64,000 nucleotides of DNA from an uncultured Acidobacteriota bacterium (GCA_963751445.1 CAVVUL010000008.1:201803-265802); one strand, 5' to 3'; shown: positions 19,854-29,803, counted from the first letter of the stretch. The notes: a model not told the origin generated them from the sequence alone. Made by a program: numbers and translations.

Positions 19854-21853
19854 TTACCTCACGACCCTTAAGGGCACGTACCCTCCGCACCTCCGCTCCC
19901 CCGCGGGCGACGGTGACCTCAATCACATAGTCGCCGGGCGCCAGTGGTGAGAGGCCGAGATCCGCGGCCACGACCGGACGGCCGTCGCGCTCACGCTCCG
20001 TGATCTGCACCGGCACGCGCAGGGCCTGCCCGTCCTTGCCGAGCACCTTGCCCTCGCGACGATCGAGCGGACCGTCGGCAGGCCACTCCACGTGGACGCG
20101 CTCCGTGCGCCAGAACAGGTAGTCGGCCGCGGCCCGCAGCGGCGATTGCGCGGCCGGCGCGGCGCGGTAGACGATCGGCTCACCCAGTACGGTCGACGCG
20201 CGGACCGCGACATCGAGCCGATCGGTCACGACCGCACCCGTCCCGATCACTTTCACGTTCACCCGGAATGGGCCATCGCCAGCCGGGCGGGGCAAGCGCA
20301 GCAGCGCGCTTCTCGTGCCGGGCTCGATTCTGGCGGTCCGAGGCTCCGCCGGAGCGGCACCGGCCGCACCGGCCACAGTCGCCTGCACTTCGGCCCCCTT
20401 CTCCCACGCCACCTTCGTCGTCGAGCCCTGCGGCAGTTCAACGACCACCGCGAGATCCGAGGCGCTCGCGACGCCGTAGGTATACAACTCGGCCGACGGC
20501 CGCAACCGCGCGAGCACATCCAGGGCTTCGGTGATGCCCGCGGGTGGACCGGCCTTGGCGGGCGCGGCCCCCTCGGGACGTGCGCGCGGCTCGGCGCCGG
20601 CGGCCGTGTACCCGCGGCGCGCCTTGACGCGCGCCCCCGGGGCGGACACCTTCACTTCAATCCGCCGGAAGCTGCCGTCGGCCTTCGTGTTCGCCGGGTA
20701 ATAGCCCAGCAGGTAGTACGCCGACACATCGTCGGCAATCCGCCGCAGGCCGGCGTTGAAGTCGTTCGTCATGCTGGCGATGCCGTCCGTGTTCTCCGCG
20801 AGCGACAGCAGCGTCTCCGCCCGCACGCCGGACGCCAGTCCGTCCGTGTTGACCGGATAGAACGAGACGTTTTCGCGATTCGCCTGATCAATCAGCTCAC
20901 GGTACCGCTTCCGGTTGTCGAGATTGAACGCCCGGCCCACTTCCGCGCTGCACCAGTTCCAATCGGCCATGCCCGGCTGGTTCGGCACGTTCGTGGAGAG
21001 CTTGCCCCCCGTGGTGACGCCCATCTGCGGTATGCCCGATCGCTCAGGCGTCAGCAACTGATGGAGCGTGCCCTGGTCTGGCTCATACAGCGTCCACCCA
21101 CGGCTCATCACGATGAGCGCCTTGCGCGCTTCGCGGAGCGATCCCAGGTGGCGAACGAACCCGCTGAGACTCTCCAGCGTTCGTTCTTCGCGGGTACGAT
21201 CGGTCACGATCAGCGCGATTTGCTCGCCGTAGCACCCCACGAGCCGCTGCTCCTCCGGTTCGAGGCTGACGACGCCCTTCTGATTGCCCCAGGTCCAGTT
21301 CTTCTGCAGCTGGTCTTCGATCGAGGTCGTCAACCGGCCGAGGATCAGCTCGCGCGGCTGCATGAGCGCGGTGGCGATGCCGAACAAGTCAGTGGGCGTC
21401 AGCAAGCGGTTGAGCATCGTGACGATCGGCCGGGCCACGCTGTACCGAGCCCGCCAGGCTGCTGTGGAAGTGGTCCAGGAAGATGACGAACACGCGATTG
21501 CGGGGGTCCGCGGCGAGCTTGTTTCCCTCTTCCTGCGTGTTCGGATCGCGCCGCAGCGCTTCCGGCGTGTTCGGCTCGATGCGGATGAATTCGATGGATT
21601 CAATCGCTTGCGGTTTGCCGTCCTCGAGAATCTGAAAATCCTTCGCCGTCAGCCCCTCGATGATCTGTCCGTCTTTGGTCGGATACGCGTCCACCTGCAC
21701 GAGGTTCGTCGCGGCGCGGAAGACCGGCGTCTGCTGCGGGAGCTGGGTTCCTTGTCCGGCGCTCTGCGCGAACGGCGCCGCGCCGCCAAGGACAAGAGTC
21801 AGGCCCGCGGCACAGGCCGCGGCAGCGGCGAACGGGCGAACCGAACACACCAT
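19726..21853 (-). CDS. VWA domain protein of the acidobacterial VWFA-related type with a long C-terminal extension; one frame break near 21470
   Basis: Signal peptide, then FRAATNLVQVDAYPTKDGQIIEGLTAKDFQILEDGKPQAI N-terminal signature and ..GSFRRIEVKVSAPGARVKARRGY. The last ~43 codons (EVTEGTEG..PPSLRASV*) are encoded by palindromic element A, so the true stop is uncertain. Confidence 0.7.
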
Positions 21854-21933
21854 TGACGCGCTCCTGCAGGCTGGCTACCAGAAGAGTATCGCGCCGAGAC
21901 CGGCTATAGTCCATCCTCGGACTGGACACCAGC

Positions 21934-23484
21934 ATGGCCATTGACGCGGTTCTCAGGAAAGCGGGGCGTCGTTCCGCGATGCTCACCGGCGGATCGCTGC
22001 TGGTACTTGCGGCGCTGGCGACCCTCTTCCGGATGCCCCAGTTCATCAATTCGGACACCGTCAACTCTGATTCAGCCATCGTGGGGCTTCAAGCCATCGA
22101 GCTTCTCCGTGGCGCCGATTGGTCGTGGTTTCTGTGGGGAACCGGATACCAATCGTCGTTGGATCCGCTGCTGACCGCGGTGGCGTTTGCCGCCTTCGGC
22201 ACGAGTTCTCTCGTCTTGATGGCCGTGAACTTTCTGGGCGCCCTGCTCGCGATGTCCCTGTGTTTCTCCATGCTCCAGGCCAGGGTCGGCGCGGCGCGCG
22301 CGTTTGTGCTCACGCTTCTCCTGGTGTTCGTGTCCCAGCCCATGGTGCTGATCACCACGCTGCCGCCCAGGCAGTGGAGTATCACCGCGTTCTTCCTGGC
22401 CATTGCCCTGGCCGATCGCGCGGCACACGGACGGGCCTTCGCCCGAGTCATGCTGGGCGTGTCCGGAGCCCTCATGTGCCTGGCTCTGTACATCGACTAC
22501 GGGCCGGTTCAGTTCTTCCTGCCGTCGGTCTGGCTTCTCTTTGCCTCCTGCCGCGATCAGACACCGGATAGCCGCGCGCGCGCGGGCCGAATGTGGTCAG
22601 CTGCCATTGGCCTGGCCGTCGGGTCTCTGTTTCTGATTGGTTCACGGCTGTTCCTGCATCCGGAAGGGACCGTGCCCATCGCCTTCAAGCCGAGAGTCGT
22701 GGGGCATAACGTCGACATGCTGTTCACGCAGGCCCTGCCGTCGCTGATGGGGTACTCCACCCATTTCCTGGATGGGACATGGCCGACGAAGACGCTCTTC
22801 ACGATGCTCGGCATCGGCCTGCTCGTCATGCAGGGGCTCGGCGGGTGGATCGCGTGGCGTCACGCGTCCGTGCCCTCGTCAGTCAGGAAGCTCGGCCTCT
22901 TCGGGGTCTTCGTGTCCTTCATCACGCTTCTGGCCTTCAGCGGGTTTCCCAAGGTCCTGGACGCGCAATCCTCCCGCTTCCTGACGCCCATCATCTGGGC
23001 CGCTCCCTTCGCCCTGCTCCCGCTGGTCTGCTGGCTACCCTTTCGACGGTTCACCTGGATCTACGGACCGTGCCTGGCGTTGATGGCGGTGGGCGGTTGG
23101 ATCGGCTTCTATCCAGCAGTCGTGCATCTGGTCCCCGTGCGCACGGCTGCGGGACAGGGAACAGAGGAGCGGGCACTGGGCGAGCAGTTACGACAGTTGA
23201 ACGTTCATCATGCGACCGCGCCATTCTGGATTTCCTATCGGCTCACCTTCCTGGTGGGGCTGGATCCCCTTGTCGTCCCCACTGATCCAACGACCGACCG
23301 GCATCCCGCCTACCGGAAACGCGTCGATGAAGCTGCGACAAAGGCTGAGATCTTTCATCGCGATTGGGAGCAGCTCTTTTCTTCGCAGAAGCGGGAGTTG
23401 GAGCTCGTGCAAGGCCACGTCCCGTACCAGAAGATCACGAGGGGAGCCTACGTGGCGTTCATCGTCAAAGGGCCGCGCGACTAG
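21934..23484 (+). CDS. polytopic membrane protein, possibly a GT-C-fold (PMT/ArnT-like) glycosyltransferase
   Basis: Intact 516-aa ORF with about 12 hydrophobic segments. The first extracytoplasmic loop is acidic (FINSDTVNSDSAIVGLQAIELLRG). There is a roughly 110-aa soluble C-terminus. A/T-ending codon content is visibly higher than in neighbouring genes. The family assignment is tentative. Confidence 0.5.
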   Translation: MAIDAVLRKAGRRSAMLTGGSLLVLAALATLFRMPQFINSDTVNSDSAIVGLQAIELLRGADWSWFLWGTGYQSSLDPLLTAVAFAAFGTSSLVLMAVNFLGALLAMSLCFSMLQARVGAARAFVLTLLLVFVSQPMVLITTLPPRQWSITAFFLAIALADRAAHGRAFARVMLGVSGALMCLALYIDYGPVQFFLPSVWLLFASCRDQTPDSRARAGRMWSAAIGLAVGSLFLIGSRLFLHPEGTVPIAFKPRVVGHNVDMLFTQALPSLMGYSTHFLDGTWPTKTLFTMLGIGLLVMQGLGGWIAWRHASVPSSVRKLGLFGVFVSFITLLAFSGFPKVLDAQSSRFLTPIIWAAPFALLPLVCWLPFRRFTWIYGPCLALMAVGGWIGFYPAVVHLVPVRTAAGQGTEERALGEQLRQLNVHHATAPFWISYRLTFLVGLDPLVVPTDPTTDRHPAYRKRVDEAATKAEIFHRDWEQLFSSQKRELELVQGHVPYQKITRGAYVAFIVKGPRD

Positions 23485-23689
23485 CGGTGAGCCGATTCGG
23501 CTCGGCCTGCCGCATTAGAAGGCATGGAAGGCGGAGTCGTATTTCTGCTTCTGTTCGCGATGGCGGCTTCCGGCTCGTCGCTGGCCGAGGAACGAGGCCG
23601 GTCTGCCGTTGGCTGGTTCTTCTTGGTGCTCCTTCTCCATCTGGTCGGGCTCGCAATCCGCCCTCCCTCGAAAAGGCGTCGTCGCCTGG

Positions 23690-23908
23690 GGGAACTCGTG
23701 TGAGCGAGCGCATGGTTCGAACGCGCCGGAGCGAGCGAAGGTGTTGGGGGGGTGCGGGTGCGCGGGGGCAAAGCCCCGGGCCAGCGAACGAGCGGTCAGC
23801 GAGTGAGCCACGCGAGCGGAACGCAACTTGTCCATGTCCCGGCACTGCGGGACGAGTTGCGTGAGCGAGTGTGTAGGGGGACTGGGGGCGAAGCCCCCAG
23901 ATCAGAAA
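23690..23908. repeat. GC-rich repeat/hairpin cluster downstream of tRNA-Pro
   Basis: Reiterated GAGCGAGCG / GAGCGAGTG motifs. Hairpins are CGGGGGCAAAGCCCCG (about 23763-23778), CGCAACTTGTCC..GGACGAGTTGCG (about 23822-23861) and CTGGGGGCGAAGCCCCCAG (23882-23900). The last hairpin is followed by GATCAGAAA and the tRNA 3' end, the same layout as at tRNA-Gly. Confidence 0.6.
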
Positions 23909-23985
23909 TGGTCGGGATGCCGGGATTCGAACCCGGGACCCCCTGACCCCCAGTCAGGTGCGCTACCAGACTGCGCTACATCCCG
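23909..23985 (-). tRNA. tRNA-Pro (anticodon GGG), CCA encoded
   Basis: Reverse complement is CGGGATGTAGCGCAGTCTGGTAGCGCACCTGACTGGGGGTCAGGGGGTCCCGGGTTCGAATCCCGGCATCCCGACCA. Acceptor is CGGGATG/CATCCCG, anticodon stem CCTGA/TCAGG with loop CTGGGGG, and the T-arm is CCGGGTTCGAATCCCGG. Confidence 0.9.
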
Positions 23986-24001
23986 ATGTCGTGAGCGACG
24001 A

Positions 24002-24544
24002 TCAACGCTTCTTGCGGCCGACCGTCCGTTTGGAACGGGCCGGCCGGGCGGGCTTGCTCTTTGATTTTACCGGTTTTGAGGACCGCTTGGGGACAGACTT
24101 TCGCGCGCGCGCACCAGCCGAGGCCGCCTGGCGGGCGGGACGCGATGGCTTGGCTCCGCCGCCAAGCAAATCGAGGATCCAACCCAAGCCCTGCCGCACC
24201 TCATGAATACCCTTCCGCGCCTGCTTGTCCACCAGCGCGGCCACATCCGCATCCGTGATCGTCTCCACATCCGCGTCCGGCTGCGGCGATGCGGCGCCCT
24301 CCTCAATCAACTGCCGTCTCGCGCCCGACAGCGTCAGGCCGTCGACGAACAGCAGGTGCTTCAGCTTCAGCACCAGTTCGACGTCCGCGCGCCGATACAA
24401 CCGCGGGCCGTCGGCGCCCTTCGACACACCCAGATCCGGAAACTCCGCCTCCCAGCTCCGCAGCACGTAGGGCTGCACTTCGGCGAGCTCGCAGACCTCC
24501 TGCGCCCGAAACACGGACCGATGCGGAATCGCGGCTGTCGTCAC
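24002..24544 (-). CDS. MerR family transcriptional regulator with Lys/Arg/Pro-rich C-terminal tail
   Basis: MerR-type HTH (FRAQEVCELAEVQPYVLRSWEAEFPDLGVSKGADGPRLYRRADVELVLKLKHLL). GTG start. tRNA-Pro follows 17 nt downstream on the same strand. Confidence 0.75.
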   Translation of the reverse strand: MTTAAIPHRSVFRAQEVCELAEVQPYVLRSWEAEFPDLGVSKGADGPRLYRRADVELVLKLKHLLFVDGLTLSGARRQLIEEGAASPQPDADVETITDADVAALVDKQARKGIHEVRQGLGWILDLLGGGAKPSRPARQAASAGARARKSVPKRSSKPVKSKSKPARPARSKRTVGRKKR

Positions 24545-24570
24545 AAAAGGCTCAGAACCAGGGAAGTATA

Positions 24571-24670
24571 GTCCATCGTCCCTAGTCCATCGTCCCTCGT
24601 CCTGACCTCTGACCTCTGACCTTTGACTTCTGACCTGCCTTTGACCTCTGACCTGCCTGTGCCCGTGCCC
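24571..24670. repeat. tandem short-period array: 2 x 14 bp (GTCCATCGTCCCT) followed by TGACCTC-type heptamers
   Basis: Read directly: gtccatcgtcccta gtccatcgtccctc gtcc tgacctc tgacctc tgaccttt gacttc tgacctgccttt gacctc tgacctgcc tgtgccc gtgccc. Overlaps the last ~30 codons of the der ORF. Confidence 0.8.
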
Positions 24671-26003
24671 TTCGTCTGATCTTCAGCCGTATCGGCATGC
24701 CCTCGAAGCCGAATTCCTCGCGCAGCTGGTTCGCGAGGTACCGCTCGTACGAGAAATGCAGTTCGGACGCGACGTTGGTGAACAGCACGAACTCCGGCGG
24801 CGCGACGCCGGTCTGCACGCCATAGAGAATCCGCACCTCGCGGCGCGTCTTGCTCGTCGGCGAGTGGGCGGCCGTCACGCGCTCGAGGAACTTGTTCAAC
24901 TCCGGCGTCGGAATGCGCCGCAGCCGGGCCGCGGCGACGCGATCGACCACCTCCAGCAACTTCCCCGTCCGATCGCCGGTCAGCGCCGACATGCGCACGA
25001 TCGGCGCATACTCCAGGAACTTCAGCTGGAAGCGCAGCCCCTCATCGAACTTCTTCGCGAAGTCCTGACCGCGGCCCTTCATCAGGTCCCACTTGTTGAC
25101 GGCGATGACGATGCCGCAGCCGGCCTTCTCGGCTTCGCCGGCAATCGCGCCTTCGCGGTCGCCGGCGCCCTCGGTCGCGTCGACCACGAGCACGACGACG
25201 TCCGCGCGCGCCATCGCGCGCTTGGCGAGCACGACACTGACGCCTTCGACCTGCCCGCCCGTCGCGACCTGTCCCGGCCGGCGCATGCCTGCCGTATCCA
25301 CGATGCGGAAGCGCCGCTTGTGCCATTGCAGCACGGTGTCCACGGTGTCGCGCGTCGTGCCGGGCATTTCGCTGACCATCACGCGCTCCTCGCGCAGCAG
25401 GCGGTTGACCAGCGATGACTTGCCCACGTTCGGCCGTCCAACAATCGCGACGGAGGTTTCCGGTTCGGGAGTGGCGTGCGCGCCCTTCGCCGCCGGGCAG
25501 GCGCGCTGACGATTTCGTCGAGCAGATCGGCGACGCCGTCGCCGTGTCTCCGCCGCGACCTCGATCACGGGCTCGAAGCCCATGGTGAAGAACTCCATGG
25601 CGCGGTTGCGCGAGCGGCGGTCGTCGGTCTTGTTGACCGCGACCAGCACGGGCACGCCGAGTTCGTGCACGCGTTGCGCGATCTGCTCGTCGCCCGGCAC
25701 CATGCCCTCGCGGCCGTCCACCACGAAGACGACGAGGTCCGCGGAGGCCAGCGCCCGAAGGCCGTGCTCCACGACCAGCTCATGCAGCGGGTCGGTCGTC
25801 TCGCCGAACAGCCCGCCCGTGTCGATCGAGCATAAAGGTCCGGTCCCGCCATTCCGCCGGCGCCATGAGCGTGTCGCGCGTCGTCCCGGCGACCGGGGCC
25901 ACGATCGACCGGCGGGTGCCGGTGATCCGGTTGAACAGGGTGGATTTGCCGACGTTCGGCCGGCCCACGAGGACGCACGGCGGGGCCTTCCCGCGCCACT
26001 CAT
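24582..26003 (-). CDS. der: ribosome-associated GTPase Der/EngA; at least 4 frame breaks
   Basis: Two GTPase domains ([25 protein letters not shown] and [26 protein letters not shown]) plus a KH-like C-terminus. Fragments lie in ORFs 24582..26102, 25780..25968 and 25565..25999. The 3' tail runs into the heptamer array, so the stop is uncertain. Confidence 0.85.
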   Translation of the reverse strand: MSGAGRPRRASSWAGRTSANPPCSTGSPAPAGRSWPRSPGRRATRSWRRRNGGTGPLCSIDTGGLFGETTDPLHELVVEHGLRALASADLVVFVVDGREGMVPGDEQIAQRVHELGVPVLVAVNKTDDRRSRNRAMEFFTMGFEPVIEVAAETRRRRRRSARRNRQRACPAAKGAHATPEPETSVAIVGRPNVGKSSLVNRLLREERVMVSEMPGTTRDTVDTVLQWHKRRFRIVDTAGMRRPGQVATGGQVEGVSVVLAKRAMARADVVVLVVDATEGAGDREGAIAGEAEKAGCGIVIAVNKWDLMKGRGQDFAKKFDEGLRFQLKFLEYAPIVRMSALTGDRTGKLLEVVDRVAAARLRRIPTPELNKFLERVTAAHSPTSKTRREVRILYGVQTGVAPPEFVLFTNVASELHFSYERYLANQLREEFGFEGMPIRLKIRRRARAQAGQRSKAGQKSKVRGQRSGRGTMD

Positions 26004-26070
26004 TGCCCCCTCAGTGTATCGCGAACCCGCGGAGGAAACCTGCAGCATCCCGGGAACGTTTAGCGTCGAC

Positions 26071-26106
26071 TTGACTCTGTAAGTGCTTTTGTTTATTGTC
26101 ACTTAC
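26071..26106 (+). promoter_or_regulatory. candidate sigma70-type promoter TTGACT-N17-TATTGT overlapped by palindrome GTAAGTG-N14-CACTTAC
   Basis: TTGACT at 26071-26076 and TATTGT at 26094-26099. Inverted repeat at 26079-26085 / 26100-26106. Located 25-60 nt upstream of the HU/IHF ATG (26131), in the most AT-rich patch of the der/ihf divergent region. Confidence 0.4.
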
Positions 26107-26130
26107 GGGCATTTGCCCCTTTCACAGTCC

Positions 26131-26404
26131 ATGATTAAGGTCGACATCGTCAACGAGGTGTCGCAAGCTCGCGGACATCACCAAGGTCAAGGCCGAAGTG
26201 GCCGTCGACGCCGTCTTCGACGCCATGCGCGCGTCGATGATCCGCGGCGAGCGGATCGAACTGCGGGGCTTCGGCGTGTTTCAGGTCAAGCCCCGCAAGC
26301 GCGGCATCGGCCGCAATCCGCGCACCGGCAAGGAGGTCCGCATCCCGCCCGGCCGGACCATCCGGTTCAAGCCCGGCAAAGAACTCCAGAACATCGGCGG
26401 CTGA
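26131..26404 (+). CDS. HU/IHF family DNA-binding protein; one frame break near 26165
   Basis: MIKVDIVNEVSQ.. continues as ..AVDAVFDAMRASMIRGERIELRGFGVFQVKPRKRGIGRNPRTGKEVRIPPGRTIRFKPGKEL (ORF 26198..26404). Confidence 0.8.
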
Positions 26405-26482
26405 CCGTCCGTTGGAAGCAACTTCCCGTTCGCCGTCGACATCCCGCCGCCGAAGTTCCAGCATCGCTATCGCTGGCACGTC

Positions 26483-27365
26483 GTGCTGTTCCTGCTGACG
26501 CTGGCCAGCACCACGTTCATTGGCTGGCTGCACTACTCGGGTCGTTTCGCGACTCATCGCAGGGCGCCGGCGAGTCCGGCGCGACCGGTCTCGGTCCTGG
26601 TGGATGGCGTGTTCGCGCGGCCTGTGGTACTCGGTGCCGCTCCTCATGATCCTCGGCGCCCACGAGTTCGGCCACTACTGGTACTGCCGCAACCACAACG
26701 TGGATGCGACGCTGCCCTACTTTCTGCCGGCGCCGATGCGCTGCTCACCGGCACGTTCGGCGCGGTGATCCGAATCAAGGAAGCCGTTCCCCTCGACGCG
26801 CGCGCTGTTCGACATCGGCGTGGCGGGGCCGATCGCCGGCTTCGTGCGTTCTGCTGCCGTTCCTCTACTGGGGCGTCGCGCTCTCGGCGGTCGTCGAAGT
26901 TCCCCGAAGTCGACCGAGCGTGATCTACTTCGGCGAGCCGCTGCTCTTCAAGGCGGTGGCCTGGTTGCACTTCGGCACGCTGCCCGAGGGCTTCGACATC
27001 GTGCTGCACCCGATGGGCTTCGCGGCCTGGTTCGGCATGCTGGCCACGGCGCTGAACCTGCTGCCGTTCGGCCAGCTGGACGGCGGGCACATCGTCGTAT
27101 GCCGTGCTCGGCCGCCGCGCGTGGTTCGTCTCGCTTGCGACGCTGATCGCGCACGATGCTGCTCACGCTGCGGTCGATGAGCTGGATTTCGATGGCCCTG
27201 ATCATGCTGGCCATGGCCTTCTTCCTCGGCCTGCGCCATCCGCGCGTCATCGACGAGAGCACGCCCCTCGACGGCCGCCGCAAGCTCGATCGCGCGTCCT
27301 CGCGCTCGTCATCTTCGTCACTGTGCTTCACGCCCGTGCCGATCGAGACGTTCTTCGGCAAGTAG
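26483..27365 (+). CDS. site-2 protease family (peptidase M50) membrane metalloprotease; at least 5 frame breaks, N-terminus may extend to about 26405
   Basis: HExxH ([12 protein letters not shown]) and the second motif [12 protein letters not shown]. Multiple TM segments are spread over ORFs 26483..26923, 26520..26768, 26704..27180 and 27156..27365. Confidence 0.7.
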
Positions 27366-27385
27366 GGCGGGGCTTCAGCCCCGCC
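27366..27385. repeat. REP-like hairpin GGCGGGGC-TTCA-GCCCCGCC
   Basis: Perfect 8-bp stem with a tetraloop, immediately after the M50 stop (27363-27365). Confidence 0.7.
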
Positions 27386-27388
27386 TGA

Positions 27389-27512
27389 TCAGTTCACACG
27401 GAGCGACGGAGGCACGGAGACACGAGGATCTTTCTGGGGGAGTGACCGCGTGATCCGCAGCCCCCCAAAGAAACTCCGTGTCTCCGTCCCTCCGCGCCTC
27501 CGTGTGAACTGA
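27389..27512. repeat. palindromic (MITE/REP-like) element, copy B
   Basis: TCAGTTCACACGGAGCGACGGAGGCACGGAGACACGAGG ... CTCCGTGTCTCCGTCCCTCCGCGCCTCCGTGTGAACTGA. The termini are perfect inverted repeats (TCAGTTCACACGG / CCGTGTGAACTGA). Same family as 19721-19826. Confidence 0.8.
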
Positions 27513-27522
27513 CGGATGTCCC

Positions 27523-27542
27523 GCCGGGCCTGAAGGCCCGGC
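27523..27542. repeat. REP-like hairpin GCCGGGCC-TGAA-GGCCCGGC
   Basis: Perfect 8-bp stem with a tetraloop, abutting the priA stop codon (27543-27545). Confidence 0.7.
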
Positions 27543-29803
27543 CTACAGCACGCTGACGGGATCGACGTCGACAATGACGCGGCGCTTCAGTTCGGGCCGC
27601 TCGTCGAGCGCCGCGCGTGAGCGCGTGGCGCATCGGCTTGCGCTGCTGGCCCTTGATGAAGAACTGCACGCGGAACGCGTCCTTGACCTTCGCCAGCGCC
27701 GCGGGCGCCGGGCCGATCACCTGGCCGTTGGGATGGTGGTGGCGCGTCCGCTTCACCAGGTCGTGCGCGTCGGCCATCGCGCCCTCGAGCGTCTTGCTCT
27801 TGACCACGACGTTGATGAGCGCGACCGTCGGCGGATACCGCAGGCTGGCGCGGAACTCCATTTCGCGCGCGTAGAACATCTCGTAGTCCTGCGCCGCCGC
27901 GGCCCGGACGGCGTAGTGGTCCGGATAGAGCGTCTGGATGATGGCCTCGCCCGGCGTTTCGCCGCGCCCGCCCGGCCCACGACCTGCGTCAGCAACTGGA
28001 ACGTGCGCTCCGCCGCCCGGAAGTCCGCGAGGCCCAGGCCGACGTCGGCTGACACGACGCCCACGAGCGTGACCGACGGGAAATCGTGTCCCTTCGCGAT
28101 CATCTGCGTGCCGACGAGGATGTCGATGTCGCCCGCGCCCGACGGCCTGGAGCACGCGCGTCGATCGCGCCGCGCCGCCGGATCGTGTCCCGATCCACGC
28201 GGGCCACGCGCGCGCCGGGAAACCGCGCGCGCAGATCGGCCTCGAGCCGTTCGGTGCCGAACCCCGCCTGCTCGAGATACTCGCCCCCGCAGGCGCCGCA
28301 TTTGCGCGGCACGGCGGCGGCGTAGTTGCAGTAGTGGCACCGCACCCGCCGGCGCGCGCTTGTGGAACGTGAGCGACACGCTGCAATGCGGGCACTCCAT
28401 CGACGCGCCGCACTGCCGGCAGAACACCACCATGGCGAAGCCCCGGCGGTTCAGCAGCACGACCGTCTGCTCGCCCCGGCTCAGCCGGTCCTCGAATGGC
28501 CTCGACCAGCGGCCGGCTCAGGGCCACGTCCGCGCCGGCCTGCGCGTATTCGCTCGCGCATGTTGACGATGCGGACGGTGGCCAGCGGGCGATCGAGGAT
28601 CCGTCGCGTCAGGCGGATCAGGTCGTAGCGGCCCGCGCGCGGCGTTCGCGGACGACTCGAGCGACGGCGTCGCCGAGCCGAGCACGACCAGCGCGCCGTG
28701 CGCGCGGCCGCGCACGATCGCGACGTCGCGCCCGTGGTACCGCGGCGCCTCGTCCTGCTTGTACGACCCGTCGTGCTCCTCGTCGACGATGATCAGGCCC
28801 AGGCGATCGATCGGCGCAAACACGGCGGACCGCGTGCCGACGACCACGTCCACGTCGCCGCGGCGGATGCGGTGCCACTGGTCGTGCCGCTCGCCGTCGG
28901 ACAGCGCGCTGTGCTGAATCGCGACGCGCTCGCCGAACCGGCGCGCGGAACTGCCCGACCACCGACGGCGTGAGACCGATTTCCGGCACCAGAATCAGCA
29001 CGCGCCGGCCGCGATTCGACGACCTGGCGCGACAGGCGGAGGTAGAGTTCGGTCTTCCCGCTGCCGGTGACGCCGTGCAGCAGCAGCGTCTTGAACGCCT
29101 GCGCCGCGGCCGCGTCTTCGAGACGCCGGAACGCGTCGGCCTGTTCATCGGTCAGCGTGGGCGGCACCGCGCCCGCGCCGATCAACCGACCAGCGGCCGC
29201 CTTCGCCATCGGCCGTCGCGGCGAACGGGTCGCGCAGCGACGACGTCCTCGCGGATCGTCGCGCAGCCCGCGCGTCGACGAGCGACCGCACGGTCGCGGC
29301 ACCGATTCCCTGCTTCGCCGCTTCGGCCGTCGGCCAACGCCGTCCGGGTGTCTGCGCGCAGCAGCTCCAGCGCGTGCGCGCTGCTTCGCGCCCGAGTCCT
29401 CAGGTCGGCCGGCGGTTCGGCCGCCGCCTCGATCACGCCGCGTCGTGCGAAACGACTCGCGCTCGCCTTCGCGCGCCACCGGCGGCATCGCGAGCGCGAG
29501 CGCGGCACCGGGACCACACGCGTAGTACTCGCCGACCCAAAGCGCCAGGTCCACGACGTCAGGCGGGACGAACGACTCCTCGTCGATCACGTCGAGCACG
29601 TCGCGCAGCGCCTGGCCGTCGGGCGGCGCGGCGTGTGCGTCGACGATGCAGCCGACGACCGCGCGGCCGCCGAGCGGCACGCGCACGCGCGCGCCCTTGT
29701 GCAGCGGCGCGTCGGCCGGCGCCCGGTAGCTCAGCAGGCCGAGCCCGGGCACGGGCACCGCCACGCTGATCACCCGATCAGCCGGCGGAGGCGAGGAGGT
29801 CAC
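27543..29803 (-). CDS. priA: primosomal replication protein N' (PriA helicase); many frame breaks
   Basis: [15 protein letters not shown] (Walker A), [13 protein letters not shown] (DExH), Cys-rich zinc region ([41 protein letters not shown]), and C-terminus ..DVDPVSVL*. Fragments lie in at least 6 listed ORFs. Confidence 0.85.

Noticed and set aside
23515-23640. 41-aa highly charged ORF (MEKEHQEEPANGRPASFLGQRRAGSRHREQKQKYDSAFHAF) on the minus strand in the lower-GC tail after tRNA-Pro
   Set aside because: It has no RBS or recognisable family and sits inside a repeat-rich non-coding stretch. It cannot be supported without conservation or expression data, though a small protein is not excluded.
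19582-23985. tRNA-bounded segment as an integrated mobile element or genomic island
   Set aside because: There is no integrase, transposase or phage gene, and no duplicated tRNA 3' segment. Only the compositional shift of one gene and the flanking repeats point that way, and these are reported as separate, weaker findings.
26474-26489. TGGCAC-containing sigma54 promoter-like sequence (TGGCACGTCGTGCTG)
   Set aside because: The GG-to-GC spacing is two nt short of the -24/-12 consensus, and the site lies inside the M50 protease coding region.
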